Assembly (NCBI GenBank): GCA_963731515.1
Contig: CAVSVU010000022.1
Span: forward strand, 979 to 64,978
Length of the DNA: 64,000 nucleotides
DNA from: an uncultured Actinomycetes bacterium
Lineage (GTDB): Bacteria; Actinomycetota; Thermoleophilia; Gaiellales; JAICJC01
Direction: 5' to 3'
A program made the position numbers and the translations under genes. How positions within the stretch are numbered: the stretch's first letter is position 1; every line of letters starts with the position of its first letter. Below the pieces are notes generated by a model. The model ran no database searches. It was not told the origin of the DNA and was given only the letters and a program-made list of their open reading frames with translations. This document shows, one piece after another, positions 63,018 to 64,000 of the stretch.

Positions 63018-63076
63018 CCGGTCATGCTAGAGGGGGTTGCGGAAGGCGATGACGCCGGCGCGGCGAAACCCGCGCC

Positions 63077-64000
63077 ATGAGCCGGACCGCCGCCGCGGCG
63101 CGGCGCGACCTCGCCCGCATCGTGGGCGACGGCGCCGTGCAGGTCCCGGTCGCCGACCGGTCGCTCCTGCGCGACATGACCGAGACGCGCGGCCTCGCCG
63201 GCGACGCGCTCGGCGCCGTGTTCCCGGGCTCGACGGACGAGGTCGCCGCCGTCGTGCGCTGGTGTGCGGGGACGCGTGTCCCGTTCGTGCCTCGGGGCGG
63301 CGGCACCGGGTATGCCGGGGGCGCGATGCCCGACGCCGGCTCGCTCGTGATCGCGCTCGCCCGGATGACGCGGGTGCGCGAGGCGGTGCCGCAGGCGTGG
63401 CGGATGACGGTCGAGGCAGGGCTCTCGACCCGCGGTCTGCAGCAGGCGGCGGCCGGCGAGGGCCTGTGGTTCGCGCCCAACCCGGGCGCGGCCGAGCAGT
63501 CGCAGCTGGGCGGGAACATCGCGACGAACGCCGGCGGCCCGCGGTCCTTCCGCCACGGCACGGTGCGGTCGTTCGTCACCGGGGTCGAGCTCGTGCTCTC
63601 CTCGGGCGAGGTGCTCGTCGCCGGCGGCGCCGCCCGCAAGAACGTCGAGACGCTCGATCTGACCGGCCTCGCCTGCGGCGCCGAGGGCACGCTCGGGGTG
63701 ATCACGGCCGCGTGGCTGCGGCTCCTGCCCCGCCCGGAGGTGATCCTGCCCCTGGTCGCGCTCTACCCCGACCGCCGCGCGGGCGTCGCCGCGCTCGAGG
63801 CTGCGATGGCGTGCGGGTGCGTGCCGACGGCGCTCGAGTTCGTTGACGAGCGCGCGTTTGCCGCGGCGGCGGCCACCTATCCCCGCGACGCCGCCCGGGG
63901 CTCCTTCGCCGTGATCACCGAGTCCGCCGGCCCGGCCGCGATCGCGCGGGCCGAGCGCGACATCCTGGTCGAGGCGCTCACGCCGGGCGCCACCGTGGTC
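63077..64000 (+). CDS. FAD-linked oxidase (GlcD/D-lactate dehydrogenase-like), runs off the window
   Basis: My translation from ATG 63077: FPGSTDEVAAVVR, VPRGGGTGYAGG, PNPGAAEQSQLGGNIATNAGG, GAEGTLGVIT. Confidence 0.9.
   Translation, partial: MSRTAAAARRDLARIVGDGAVQVPVADRSLLRDMTETRGLAGDALGAVFPGSTDEVAAVVRWCAGTRVPFVPRGGGTGYAGGAMPDAGSLVIALARMTRVREAVPQAWRMTVEAGLSTRGLQQAAAGEGLWFAPNPGAAEQSQLGGNIATNAGGPRSFRHGTVRSFVTGVELVLSSGEVLVAGGAARKNVETLDLTGLACGAEGTLGVITAAWLRLLPRPEVILPLVALYPDRRAGVAALEAAMACGCVPTALEFVDERAFAAAAATYPRDAARGSFAVITESAGPAAIARAERDILVEALTPGATVV

Noticed and set aside
1-64000. CRISPR array, rRNA, transposase or integrase, defence system
   Set aside because: No regularly spaced repeat-spacer pattern or diagnostic protein motifs seen; the repeats found are isolated palindromes, att copies or gene duplicates

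Overview
High-GC (about 70% by eye) actinobacterial-type chromosomal window, most consistent with Thermoleophilia/Gaiellales-like soil bacteria (inference). It holds about 70 CDS and two tRNA genes, tRNA-Arg(GCG) and tRNA-Ser(CGA); I found no rRNA, CRISPR array, integrase or transposase. (1) 1.5-13.7 kb: two integrase-less segments bounded by three copies of the tRNA-Arg 3' end. Cargo includes an unusual FAD monooxygenase-cytochrome b5 fusion, an APC permease, DUF2254, two divergent GH13 enzymes, a metallophosphoesterase and a PadR pair. (2) 13.8-31.9 kb: core-like region. An OmpR/HK two-component system sits next to secreted proteins and an MsrPQ-like Mo-oxidoreductase/cytochrome b pair, and three promoters share a 17-21 bp motif. 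(3) 31.9-45.2 kb: a general-stress island abutting tRNA-Ser. It has a B12 photoreceptor (CarH/LitR) whose 11-bp-repeat operator overlaps the promoter of non-carotenoid genes, duplicated DUF892 ferritin-like genes, SigB/SigF-type promoters, and a KaiC-like ATPase coupled to a MerR-pseudoreceiver regulator facing a STAS operon across its own 11-bp-phased repeats. This last module is my best candidate for an undescribed signalling system. (4) 45.5-64 kb: an amine/acyl-CoA catabolic cluster (TetR, Rieske oxygenase, PotABCD-like ABC, amine oxidase, acyl-CoA enzymes). Many genes appear leaderless, and several REP/MITE-like palindromes are present. All calls come from motif recognition by eye; no searches were run.
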